This document shows, piece by piece, positions 23,968 through 35,455 of a stretch of DNA of 64,000 bases; position 1 is the stretch's first letter, and the number at the start of each line of letters is the position of its first letter. The position numbers were made by a program, and so were the translations under genes. The DNA is from Lama guanicoe (lineage: Eukaryota). The stretch covers positions 186,001 through 250,000 of the forward strand of contig MU054323.1 of NCBI GenBank assembly GCA_013239625.1, in the 5' to 3' direction. Under the pieces are notes generated by a model. It made no database searches. It was not told where the DNA came from and saw nothing but the letters and a program-made list of their open reading frames with translations.

Positions 23968-24112
23968 TGTGCATACACATGCACACACACACAGCACATC
24001 AGGCAACACACGACATAGCCACACACCACACATGATACACACACCACACAATACACACACCACACACCGATCCAACACACATGACCCACAGAGACACAGC
24101 ACACAGTACCCA
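23968..24112. repeat. Degenerate (CA)-rich microsatellite
   Basis: CACACACACAGCACA...CACACCACACAATACACACACCACAC read directly. Confidence 0.9.
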
Positions 24113-25759
24113 ACAAACCTACCCTGCCCCTCACTGCTTCCCACTTTAAATCCTAACACGTTTGCAGCCATTTTTGCCAGGACAGGTAATGGGTGGAGTG
24201 GTCAGGGAACAGCCCTCAGTCACGTCCTCTGGCGTCTAATGACTGGGACCGACACACTGTGTGGCTTTGGGCAGGGCCCCTGACCTCTCTGGGCTTTTTC
24301 TGCAAAATGAAGTGATGGTTCTGGGATCTGGAAGGTTCCTAAATTTATCTCCTATGCTAAGATTCTAAGAGAAACTGAGGAAAGAAGCGCTCTCTGAGTC
24401 CTGCTCCTCAGGAGAGCGGGAAGTGATTTCCCAGCCCCGGGGGGAGGAGGCTCAGGGAGGGCCGGATGCGCTGCAGCCAGAGCCCAGGCCGTCGTGGGGA
24501 GCGGAGACCACAGAGGTGCAGGGGAGCCTCCCCAGGGAGGGAGCCCTCCGACAGCACAGAGGGGTTTGAGGGGTGGCAGGGGGCAGTGAGAAAAGTTGGG
24601 GTCTGCAGCGAGTCCCCGCTTTCTCTGTCGCTGCCAACTGTCAAGATGACGTTTGCTTCTGTCGACCCCTCCCTACAGTCCCAAGTCCAGCCCTGCCCTG
24701 TGATCAGTGAGGTACCCGCGGCTCAGACAAGCCCTGGCTGCTTTAGGGGCCGGTGGAGGTCTCGTTCCCTGACAGCAGGCAGCCCACGCTGGGGCTTCCT
24801 CCCGGGCTGGGATGCTGAACCCACTTTCTGACATCCAGCAGGAGCTTCCCTCAGCCATCCCTGCCTGGTGCCATGACACTTTTCATTTGGGATTCCAGAT
24901 GCGTGACACTGCTGTATCCACAGACGGAGGAGGACGCCTACCCAGACAAACATGTCTTTGTGGACAGTGGTCTCTCAGCCGAGGGCAAGTGCAGAGGTGA
25001 GGACGGCTTCTCGGAGACCTCAGGAGAAGAACAGGAATACTCCTGGCAGGGAAGCCGGGAGGACATCCTGAGCACAAAGAGCTTGAGCCTCGGTCCCTGA
25101 GGACACCTGGCAGAGACGGGTGGTCCACGGCTTGACCTAGAGGTCCCTTCACATGATGTGGGGGCAGGGTGGGGGGCCCTGCCAGCCAGTCCCTCGTCTC
25201 GCCTGGATGTCTGGGGAACTGGATTGGAATTTCCATCCCATCAGAAAATAAGCCCCTTCTTGGGCGAGATCGCAGGAGCTGGTGGGAAACGGATTTGGGG
25301 ACATTAGGCTCAATATTACTTCTTCCGATAAAAAGGCGTTGGCTTAACCTTTCTGTCTTCTGCTTAATCACTTTCAGAGGCTCATTAGACTTCGAGGAAG
25401 TAAACTTTCAAACTCAAACCACATGCTGTCCTCAAAGAACAGAAGCCCCCACCCCACCACCACCTTAGTGAAAGGCACATGGGTTCCGAGCGTGGAACCT
25501 TTCCTGTGGAGGAAACACCCGCTGCGAGGCCACCCTGCTCTGAGGTGGCAGAACGTCGTGATCAAAGTAGGACTCAGAAGTTTGAGGTGCTAATAATGGC
25601 TGATTCTCACAGACCGGACAGTCGGCCTGGACCTATTCCCAGTGCACTGCATCCATTAACGCACTAAGCCTCACCCAGAAGTCAGTACCGTCAGTATCCC
25701 CGTGGCACGAACCATGGCATGGAAATGTTCAAGAACCTGGTTCGGATCACATACAGCAA

Positions 25760-25975
25760 AATGGCAAAGCCAAAGGCCAGACCGCCTGGGTTTGCAGTCC
25801 GGCTCTGCCGTTGACCTGCTGTGTGACTCTGGGCAAGTTACTTAGCCTTGCTGAATTTGTTTCCTCCTGTGTGAAGCGAGCATAGCCATCGCATCTGCCT
25901 ACTGGAGGATGACTGAAGACTGGGTGTACCACAGGCCTGACACAGGGCCTAGAACACAGCAGGTGGCCATAACTG
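25760..25975 (+). mobile_element. MIR SINE
   Basis: CCAGACCGCCTGGGTTTG...GCTGTGTGACTCTGGGCAAGTTACTTAGCCT. Confidence 0.85.
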
Positions 25976-26129
25976 TAAAGAATGGCTGAGTAAATAAGGT
26001 CCAGCTGAGATGCCACCACCTTCACAAGGCCTTTGTCCCTGAAGCTGTCTAATATCTCTCTGCTCCAGATGGGCAGCAACAGGACTCTCCTCTGCATCCT
26101 TGCTAAACTGTTGCTATTTTATTTAACCC

Positions 26130-26337
26130 TTAAATAGAACTTTCTATGTGCAGATACTGTCTAAGTGCTTTAATAAATAATAATTCTTTCTACTCTATTA
26201 TCCCCATTTTACAGATGATGAAATTGAGGCACAGATAGATCAAGCGACATTCTTAGGATCACACAGCTGGGCAGTGGTGGAGCCAGGATTCGAATCCAGA
26301 CAGTCTGGCTTCAAAGCTCCATCGTTCACTACTGCAC
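26130..26337 (-). mobile_element. MIR SINE
   Basis: TATTATCCCCATTTTACAGATGATGAAATTGAGGCACAGA...GGAGCCAGGATTCGAATCCAGACAGTCTGGCTTCAAAG. Confidence 0.92.
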
Positions 26338-26374
26338 GATGTTGCTGCCATCGTACTGCCTGCCCGTAGAGTTA

Positions 26375-26510
26375 TTTGTCTCCTCCATCTGATTGTGAGC
26401 CTCTGGGAGCAGGACTTCGATGATTTATGCTAATTCCCCAGCTCCTCATGCAAAGCCTGGCCCATAGCAAGTGCTTGGAGAATGTATTTGTTCAACAAAT
26501 GGGTCAATGA
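26375..26510 (+). mobile_element. L2 3' end fragment
   Basis: GATTGTGAGCCTCTGGGAGCAGGAC...GCCTGGCCCATAGCAAGTGCTT...ATTTGTTCAACAAATG. Confidence 0.7.
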
Positions 26511-26937
26511 ACATCGTCAATGGAGACTTTCACACGTGCTCGGTTTTCAAATTCCACAGGCAGACAACATCAGACAATATTTTTTATGTATTTCTTTTTG
26601 CAAAAATTCTAGCAGGATGCTCCATTACTCTCAAACGCAGTGGTCTGGCTCAAGGCCCCAGAATTTATTTCTCCTCTTTCTCTAACTAGGTCTGTCATTT
26701 CACTTCTCTTGGCGTGGGGGTGGGTGTAGTGGGGGGAAGTCAGTTATGGAAGGCTCCGCAGAGGAAGTGGTGCTCGTTCTGGGCCTTGAAGAGTGAGCAA
26801 GGGCGATTTAGATGTAAGGAAGCTCCTGTTAGATTTCTTTTCATGTGGAGCGAATGCTAAGTCTTGAAGGCAGGGGCTATGTATTAAGTGTCTTTTTCTA
26901 TCTTCTCCTTTTTATTATCTGTGTCTATCACAGACTA

Positions 26938-27062
26938 TTCATTCAATCCAAATTCCATCATCCATCCATCCATCTTCATCCATCTATCCATCCATCATCT
27001 ATCATTCATCCATCCATCCTCCATCCATCATCCACCCATCCATCCATCATTCATCCATCCAT
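26938..27062. repeat. (TCCA)n simple repeat
   Basis: CCATCCATCCATCTTCATCCATCTATCCATCCATC... read directly. Confidence 0.95.
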
Positions 27063-29042
27063 AGAATATTTACCGAGCACATACATTACCCTGTGGTAAT
27101 ATGCCTCAGAGGCACACTGAGGCAACTGAATGGAGGCCCCAGAGACAAAATGTCATCTTATTATCAACAAGAAAGCATGTTTAGGTGCCTTCTAGCCCAA
27201 TTTGGAGGACGACGCATTCCAGGCCCTTGTAATATGTAAGCCAGGATGGTGCAGGTGTGATGGTTAGGAAGGGGTTCGATTGTCCATAGGGAACTGGAGG
27301 AGAGAGCTCGGCCTCAGGGTCTTCACTGGTAGAGAGCTGACCTCCTTAGCATCCGGTATCCTGATATCTTGTGTCCTGAGTCACTCAGAACCCCGAAAAC
27401 AACTCCCTCTTTGACTGAGACTCACTCGGCCCAGAAACGGCCCTTGCTTCAGTTCGGGCCCCACATCCCCCACAGCTGCTCCTTCCTGGCCACGGGCTGC
27501 GGCCCCCATTTCTCGGCGTGGACAGTGTGCGCCTGGCTCACCACACACACAGCCCCCTTGTTCCAGGAATGCGGGCGGCTGCTTGGAGCCACTGCTGGAA
27601 ATGGCCTCCCAACAGATGTGCCTTTAATTTGTTTCCGGGTCAGTGGCCCCCATGCCCCGAGGAGGCCGCCTCCCAGGCAGGAGGCCCTAAAATTGCCCTG
27701 TGTGTGCGCCCCTGGATGGGGTTATCCATCACTGCCCGGCCTCTGCCCCCGGATGCCTTACTCTGTGGCTGGCTCTAATCGGACCACTTGATGGGGCGAG
27801 GGGGGAAGCCGGCTCCGTCCCCTCGGGTGACGGCCCCTCAAAGGGCCAATTGTAACCACATGGAAATGAGGCCTTCTGCCCTGGGCCCAGGGTCAACCGA
27901 AGATTTCTTCTGGAACAGAGACTTCTAGAAAGGAAGCGGGAGAGGTTTGCAAAGTTCCTACAGGGAAGTCCATGACCTGAGGTTGCTGTACATTTCTGTA
28001 TCCACTGACCATTTATGGAGCACCAACTGCATACATGCCAGGCCCGTAGCCTGTCCTTCACATGCATCAACACGGATTCCAATTTTCAAGGAAATCCTGC
28101 AAGACAGGCCCATAGTCCCATTTGACAAAGGTGGAAACTCAACCTCCGAGAGCTTAGGTTTTCTCCAACCCAAATAGTAAATGAGGAGCCAAGATAAGAA
28201 CTTAGGTCTGTGTGCTGAAACACTGGGGCTCTCTCCAGAACACTGCTGCCAGGTCTAGGACAGTGAAGCTTACATACAGTAAGCACTTGCTGCTAAGTCA
28301 GAATGTTTCCTCTCTCAAACTCTTTGTCTATAAAATGTGGATAGTAAGTGTCTGACTGGATGGTCCTAAGGTTTAAATAAGATCACGTGTGTGAAGAGCC
28401 TAGTGTTTGTGCAGTTTGCGTGGCACTCCACACGCCCCCTGCAAATCTCAGGCCAGGGGACATCGCATCACAGGGGCCCAGAGAGCGTGGCGACTTGTCC
28501 CGCAAATCTGGAAGGTGGCAGGACTCAGGCCCCGGCTGGTGCTTTGTCCCTGCACCGTGCTGCGTGCAGACAACCAATCTGGGGGCGGGGGCTGTCACCA
28601 GCTGTGTTCAGATGATCAAATCGTAATGGCGATCGGGAAATCAACACCTCTCCGCAGACAACTTCCTCTGACCCCCTGGTGACTCCCTGATGCCTGTCAA
28701 ATAATTTAACTCCAGACTCTGATCCTGGCCCCCAGGGTCTTCACAATCCGAGGTGCTTGAGCTGCCTGCCTGTTTCTGACTTCTCTCCCACCACACCGTG
28801 GCCACACGCGAGCTAGATTTTTCCAGGCGCTCCGAACACACCTGTCATTTAACACCGATGGTCCTTTCCTGCAGCTGTTTTCTGAGCCTGGGGTTCCTCT
28901 TTCTTTCCCCAGTTTCTGCCTATTAAACATCCTGCTGTTCCTTCCCCAGAGATTTTGCAGCACCTCATGACCACCCCAGTGGTAACTGATCCCCCCTCCG
29001 TTGTATTTTCACGTTACCTCTTCGGTAACCTATATCCCAGAT

Positions 29043-29262
29043 CAGGGTCAGCCAACTACTGCCCGAGGGCCAGATCTGGCCCACTGCCTGTTTCCGTAAA
29101 TAAAGTTTTATTGGGACACAGCCATGCTCACGTGTTTCTCTGTTATCTCTGGTGGTTTTCACGCTACAAAGGCAGAGTTGAGGAGTTCCTTCGGAGGATC
29201 ATGCTGCACGCAAAGCTAAAATACTTGTCTGTCCGTTTGCAGAACGACTTTGCTGATCACTC
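29043..29262 (+). mobile_element. MER58A-like hAT-Charlie DNA transposon
   Basis: CAGGGTCAGCCAACTACTGCCCGAGGGCCAGATCTGGCCCACTGCCTGTTTCCGTAAATAAAGTTTTATTGGGACACAGCCA; flanks TCCCAGAT / TCCCAGTG resemble an 8-bp TSD (6/8). Confidence 0.92.
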
Positions 29263-30955
29263 TCCCAGTGCAATCAAATAACCTGTTTCTGCTGTCTTTG
29301 CACCTGTCCAGCTGGGAACAAGGTGAGGTCAGGGACACATGATAGTTTCCCCTCTCCCCTGGGTGCCCAGTACCCCTAGGTGCTGGCACAGACAGTGCTC
29401 TGTGAAGGGTTATACAACGGATGGAAAGGATGTGCATGCATATCTGGCCTGCATCTCAGTTCTTTATCATGCTGGTGTGTGGTCCAGGGCCAACGGGAAT
29501 CCCGGTTCTGTCCTGGGTGCATCAGAGATGAGCAGCAGGGGTTACTGGGAAGCCAGGGCCAAACAGCGATTGTTTGAGGGCCCAGATCGGAGCTGAAGAA
29601 GTTCATCTTCTCCAGTGAGGCCGGGGTATCCCCGCAGCAGCAGGATTAAGCAGAAGATTCTGGGTTTAGGAGCGAGGGCTGCTGAGTTCCGGTTCCAGAT
29701 GCCATCCCCAGGTGCCCTGCCTGTTGGGTGAAGAAATCCCTCAGGGCGGAGGCTCCGAGGTTGAGAGGCAGCGTTTCCTGCTGAGGGGAGCCAGGATTGC
29801 AGCAGCCAGCAGGGGACAGCAGGTGAGATGAGCAGCCCCAGTGTCCTCCCAGCCTGGCCACAGCTGAGCAGAGAGCAGACCTTGGGTCTTAGTGGAAGAG
29901 TGGTCTGGTGGGAGTTTCAACAGAAATGACCAGTGACAAATAGGAAAACTTCTGGGAGGGCAAGTGTGGAAACACATTTGATGCTGCCTGGGACAGAGGA
30001 ACAGGATTCCTCAGGGGGCAGTCACGAGACCTCCCAGTGGACTCCCAGTTCCCCTCTGTGACATTCCTGCCAAGGGACCTTCCAGTTTCTGCTTGCATAC
30101 CTCCTAGAGCAGGGAGCTCACTTCCTCATAAGGAGGCCGAACCCGTGTCTGTGTCCCCAGGCCCTGCCAAGCCTCCTTTGTGACAAGCTGGAATCTCCTT
30201 TCCTGCACCTTCCAGGCTTCTGCTTCAGAGACACAGGACAAATGCCTAAACCAGACAGCCCTTCAGTTCTGAGGGCTGGGGGGCTGGAGTGCGATACCGC
30301 CTGCCCTTTGGATGGTCGTTGTGGAGGGTCCTGGAGCTTGGGGAGGGGGTGGGGAGACAGTGTGCCATCCAAGCCCCTCTGAGAGAAGCTGCTGAGACAT
30401 GATGGTGGCTAGGGCTGAGGGGTGTGGGGACTGAGTAGAGTTTGGTGCTAGAAACTTGAGAACAGGATGGGGCGGGTGAGAGGAGTGGGTAGGTCAGAAG
30501 TACCACTTTTGTGGGGAATTTGGGCCTGAGCATCTCCTTTTATGGCGCCGAGCATAAAGGCCATGAAGAGGTGGAGATCGGGAGCCTGGATCCCTGAGTC
30601 TCCATCACGCCAACCAGAAGGGGCTCTGAGCTGGCCTGAAGTGGGGCTGGGAGGACTAACTGAGGCTCAGCCACCCCCAAGCCCCATGCCCTTGGGCAGA
30701 CAACACAGTTTTTCTGAATCTTGGTTTTCCCATCCATAAAATGGGAGCACTAACAGCCATTTCCTGATTCCCGTTGTGAGTGTGCTCAAAAGCATGCGGT
30801 GTGGTCAGCACAGGGCCTGACACACAGGAGAAGTTGCAGCCTTTTAAAGTATTTTTTGATGTGCAGAGAAGCGAGGAAAAACAGCTTTTGTTTCTAAGGA
30901 ACCTATGAAGCCATCCTTACTCCTTAAGGAAAAATGTGTCTTGGTTGAATCTCTA

Positions 30956-31076
30956 TTTTTTTTTTCCAGGGGAGGCAATTTGACTGATTGATTGATTTGA
31001 CCAGAGGCACTGGGGATTGAACCCAAGACCTCGTGCATGCTAAGCCCACGCTCTACCGCTGAGCTATATCCTCCCC
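30956..31076 (-). mobile_element. tRNA-derived SINE (Vic-1-like)
   Basis: Reverse complement reads GGGGAGGATATAGCTCAGCGGTAGAGCGTGGGCTTAGCATGCACGAGGTCTTGGGTTCAATCCCCAGTGCCTC plus a (TCAA)n linker and A tail. Confidence 0.9.
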
Positions 31077-31164
31077 GCAAGATCTTATTTTTAACCAAAG
31101 GCCATTTCCCTCAACTGCCAGGATGCTGACTTAGATTCCATCAGGATGATCCGGACCCGAGGAC

Positions 31165-31320
31165 TTCACAGTGCCATCTCATTTCATTGACTCCTTGTCG
31201 CAGCTCTTGGGTGTTATTTCCATTCCTTTCGTGCAGACGAGGGAATTGAGGCGCAGAGAGTTTCAGAGAGGCTGAGTGACTTGTCTGAGGTCACACAGCT
31301 CCTGAGTGAGGGCACCGGGT
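31165..31320 (-). mobile_element. MIR SINE fragment
   Basis: GCAGACGAGGGAATTGAGGCGCAGAGAG...GAGTGACTTGTCTGAGGTCACACAGCT. Confidence 0.8.
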
Positions 31321-32624
31321 TCCTTTCCCTGAGACTCCCCCGTCATCTGCTCTTCAGGATGGGCTGGGAAACTTTCAGAGGAGGTGATTTTGAGCTGGGT
31401 GATTTTTCACATCCTAGAGGGCTCCGTAGCCAGCAGACCTCTTGCCCCAGAGGGCAGACGGCACCCCAGCTCTCCCAGGCAGCCCCCACCATTAAGGGCA
31501 TTCAGCTGTAGGGAATCTAACCAAACGGGCTGCAGCAGCTGAGTGTTCTCATCAGAAATGCACGCCCCCACCCCCACCCCCCAGGCCCCCTTTCTGAGAT
31601 CTGTGATCTTCCAGCTTGAAACCACCTTTAATTTCCCTCAGGAATGAACAAGCATTTAGAGGTTAGGTTTCAATTATACCTGGAAAAAAAAAGTTTGACA
31701 CAAATTTCAAGCCAAATAAATTAGGAAACCACAGAGCTGGAAATACAAAGTGAGGAATGAGGAGAGGCCGACCCGGGCCCCTGGGCAAACGCAGACACCT
31801 CGCAGGCCCCCAGGACCACCCTTCCCAGGCCCATGGCTTACCCTCCCCTTGGAAGGGTTGGGCCCTGCCCCCCTGCTGCTCTTCATGCCTAGGCTGTCTT
31901 TTCTTCTTCTGCCTGGTTTTTCTTCTTCCAGGAAGCCTTCCTTGACTGCCCCAGCCACAGAGCTCCTGTGGACCCTATTCTGCCAGTGACTCCCTTGGAA
32001 TAGAGAATGATTCCACTGTAATAGCCTCTTGCGTCCTAGTTTTCTCACATTCCCTCATTGAAGACTCACGGTAGAAAATGCAGCAAACGTTCCCTCCACT
32101 TTTCACATGAGGAGACTGATTTCTTTTATCTGAGCCTCTATGGTTTCTCCTCCCTTCCCTGCTGATAAGTCTCACCTACTCCCTGGGTCTCAGCTTCAGC
32201 AGCACCTCCTGCAGGAAGTCTTCCTTGATTGCCCCAGGCCAAGCTAGAGATGGGAACTTAAGCCTATCTGACCCCCAAATCCCTGGGCAGCCCTCTGACC
32301 CTCATTGCCAAGGTCTGGCTGGAGAAGCAGGACATGAGACTCCCACGGCCAGCAGCAGCCAGGCACACCCAGGTGTGCAGTCACTACTTGTCTGTGAAAG
32401 TGCAGCCTTCTGAGGGTAGGCAGCCCCTGAGGGCCAAGGGGTTCCAAGTAGATCTGAACAAATGGTCCAGCACCCAGCTCCCCAAAGGCTCAGAGATGTG
32501 GCCTAGGCAAAAGCCCAGCTCATCGTGGCCCCAAAAGGCTGTGAAATGGAGCTGGAGGGGGATCAAAGGGGAAGACTCCACCCCTGCGCCTAGGGTGGAC
32601 CCCAGGGTCTGGCCTTGCCATTCC

Positions 32625-33372
32625 CCCCCCATCACCTAAGCCAGAAACCCCTGCATATGCCAAAGTTCCTCCTCCTCCCTCCCTCTCCTCCCTGGCCAGG
32701 ATCTTATCCTGTCAATTACATTTCGCATCCTCCTCTCTCCATCCACACCCCACTGCCCTAGTGTAGGCCACCATCAGCTCCTCCCTGGATTATTGAGGTC
32801 TTTGGTCTCCCAGCTCATACACAGCAGCCAAGCCCATCTTTTATTTAAAAACAAAAAAGCAACCCCCGCCCCCACAGGATATCACCTCCTCTGCTTGAGG
32901 CCCTTAGGTGGCTCCTGGTGCCCTGCAGCTCTCTAGCCTGGGACACAACCCCTCAGTGCCTCGCCCTCACGTGTCTGGCCTTCCAGCTACACCTGTCATT
33001 CTTGCCCTACGTGCCTTGTTTTCACACACCCGTGCCTTTGTACGCTCAGTTCTCTCTGCCTGGAATGACTTTCCCAGCTTCGCCTCTCCTCCTGCTGAGA
33101 AGTCTGAACTACTGTCCAGGTTTCAGATTAGACATCGCCTCCTCCAGGAAGTCTTCCTCATTACTCGTGCCCTGCCAGGCTTAGGTTAGGTGACCTCCTC
33201 TGTGCTCCCACAGACTTTGCTTCTATCAGAGAGTAAAGCACACTGTATTACTTGTTTTTATGTCATTTTCTCCATTAGATTGTGAGCATCTGCAAGACAC
33301 GGTTTTCATCTGGTTAATCTGTGAATTGATAGCCCTTTCCTAGCAACTTCAATCAATATTGGTGGAAGGAAG
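32625..33372 (+). mobile_element. L2 LINE fragment reaching the 3' end
   Basis: CTCCCTGGATTATTG...TTCTCTCTGCCTGGAATGACTTTCCC...CCTCCTCCAGGAAGTCTTCCT...CCATTAGATTGTGAGC. Confidence 0.75.
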
Positions 33373-33450
33373 TAAGGAAGAAACAGAGGAAGGATGGAAT
33401 GAAGGAAATAAGGGAAGGAAGGAAGAAGGCAGGGGGAAAAGGAGGGTGTG
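33363..33450. repeat. (GGAA)-rich purine tract
   Basis: GGAAGGAAGTAAGGAAGAAACAGAGGAAGGATGGAATGAAGGAAATAAGGGAAGGAAGGAAG. Confidence 0.85.
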
Positions 33451-35289
33451 AGAAAGAGCTGGAGGAAATCCCTGAGACCTTGGAGCTGGTGACCCTGGTC
33501 TTGGCTGGGGAGTTGGGTGGGGGGAGTGGTAGATGGGTATTTGTAAAGGAAGCTGAGCTGATCCAGATGTTTCTGGGGGAAAAGCCCAATCTCCAAAGCT
33601 TGAACTTCAGGGCCCCCACAATCTGCCCTAAAACTCACTTCCAGCCTCATCTCCCACTAAGAATGAGCTCCTGACACACACACAACCAGCTTTCATATTG
33701 TCCACCGTGACATGGCCCCATCGCTAAACAGCCCCTCTCACTTTCCCATCCCTGCACCGTTCAGCCCCCATCTCCCGCCAGCGTGGGGTCCTAACCAGGC
33801 TTTGAGGGTCCATCCCTGGCCTCCAGCCTGAAGAACACTCATCTCTGGAAAGACGACAGGGGCGACAGCAGTGCAGGGTGGTGAGCGTGCCAGGGGAGGG
33901 CCTTCCAGGTGAGCTTGAGCCTCCAAGGCTGCCTGGCACCAGGGTCAGAGGGTCTGCCTGGACTGAGGATTGGCAAATGAAGGAGGATCCTGAAATCCTC
34001 TCTCTGACAGGTGTGGTCTGCTGCCTCCTTCCCTCTCAGCATCGCCTTCTCTCAGCCCGAGGCTCTGGCTCTGGGTCTGTTTTGTTTCGCGGCCTGAGGT
34101 ATGAGCACTGGCCGCCCTCTTGGTCCTACTGGACCTGAGCTTCCTCAAGAAGAAGGTGGCTCCTCCTCTGGGTGGTCCCTGGCAGAGCTCAAAACAGGGG
34201 TTCAGTAGAAACCTGACGGATCTAAACACAAATACAGCCATGAGTACCAGGCATTGCCCCGGGCACCTCGAGTACAGAGATAAACATGCATCAGTAAGAC
34301 GCATGCAACCACGTCACCTGGGGGACATCTGTTCTGTGCTAAGTGCTGGGCGTTCATTCTTGCAGCAAGTGGTTTCCAGATTGAGGTGCTGTGACAGAGA
34401 AGAGAAATCCATGCCCACAGCCACTTATCCCAGTGGGGTGAAGCCAGGTCTCAAGTCCAGGCTACTTTGCACCCCCCTACACACACCCCAGATGCCCTTC
34501 CTGCTCCCAGAGTTGTCCCTGGACTGGCAGGGACATCACGTGAGGAGCATCCACAGGGCTCGGACAGGCTCTGCAGACAGGCTGCTCCTCAGAACCCAGC
34601 CATGAGCTCCTAGCTGCGTCCTGGTTAAGAAGCAAGTGTAAGTGAGGGGCCAGGTGCCTGGTGACCAGGACCACGGCCCGATCCTCCCTGTGTGTGAGTG
34701 ACCGGGGCCACAGCCTCAGGCAAGCTCGGAAGTGTCCCAGGAGGACTTGGAAGTTGGAGAGCAAAGTCAGACTGTCCCACATTATCCAATTTTTCTGGCA
34801 CCGAAATCCCTGTGCTCCCAGCCTGGTGGTCGTGAGACTAACCCCGGGCATACCGTTTCAGTGATGTCAGCGCATGTAATCAGAATCAGAAACACATGCG
34901 TGAAAGGGCCTGCACGGGTTCACTGAACACGGGAAATTATGTTGAGAGGAAGACCTGCCGGATGGGACCATTAGAATTCCAGAAGTCTCTGCTGTGGCCT
35001 TCGGCATCAGGCACACCCCAGTCCCCACACCCTACACCCACCCAAGTGCAGACGATGCCAAGGGCCTGGAAATCATTTCAGTAACTGCTCGGTGTCCCAG
35101 AGGAGATAACACAAAGCCAGGTGGGACCTCTAGTGCATAAAGTGTTTCCATATCTTGCCCCTTCCGGTGTATGGACATCACTCTGCGCCCTGGGTCAGCA
35201 GGGATGGTCACCCCCCTTCCCAGGTGCAGAGAAGGTAACATGCCCAGAGCCACGCCATCCATTCAATTCCACAGTCAGTTACTGGCCCT

Positions 35290-35455
35290 GACTCAGCACA
35301 GGCATGGTGACACACTTCATTTGATTTAATTTTCACATGATCTTGAGACACAAAAATTAATATCCTCAGTTTACAAATGGGGAAACTGAGGCCCAGAGAG
35401 GCCAAGCCATTTGGCCAAAGTTGCAGAGTGGGTTGGAGGCAGAGCCGGACTCACA
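35290..35455 (-). mobile_element. MIR SINE
   Basis: CAGTTTACAAATGGGGAAACTGAGGCCCAGAGAGG core. Confidence 0.85.

Noticed and set aside
24873..25100. Acidic, protein-looking ORF (…EEDAYPDKHVFVDSG…)
   Set aside because: No recognisable homologue; the purine-rich sequence resembles decayed antisense L2; no supporting neighbouring exons.
25760..26337. Second tail-to-tail MIR pair
   Set aside because: The arms show only ordinary MIR-level divergence, with no homogenised stem like the 15.4-15.9 kb case.
23968..27062. Repetitive tracts that might suggest an array (CA-rich, TCCA)
   Set aside because: Ordinary degenerate microsatellites with no repeat-spacer structure; nothing CRISPR-like or prokaryotic in the window.
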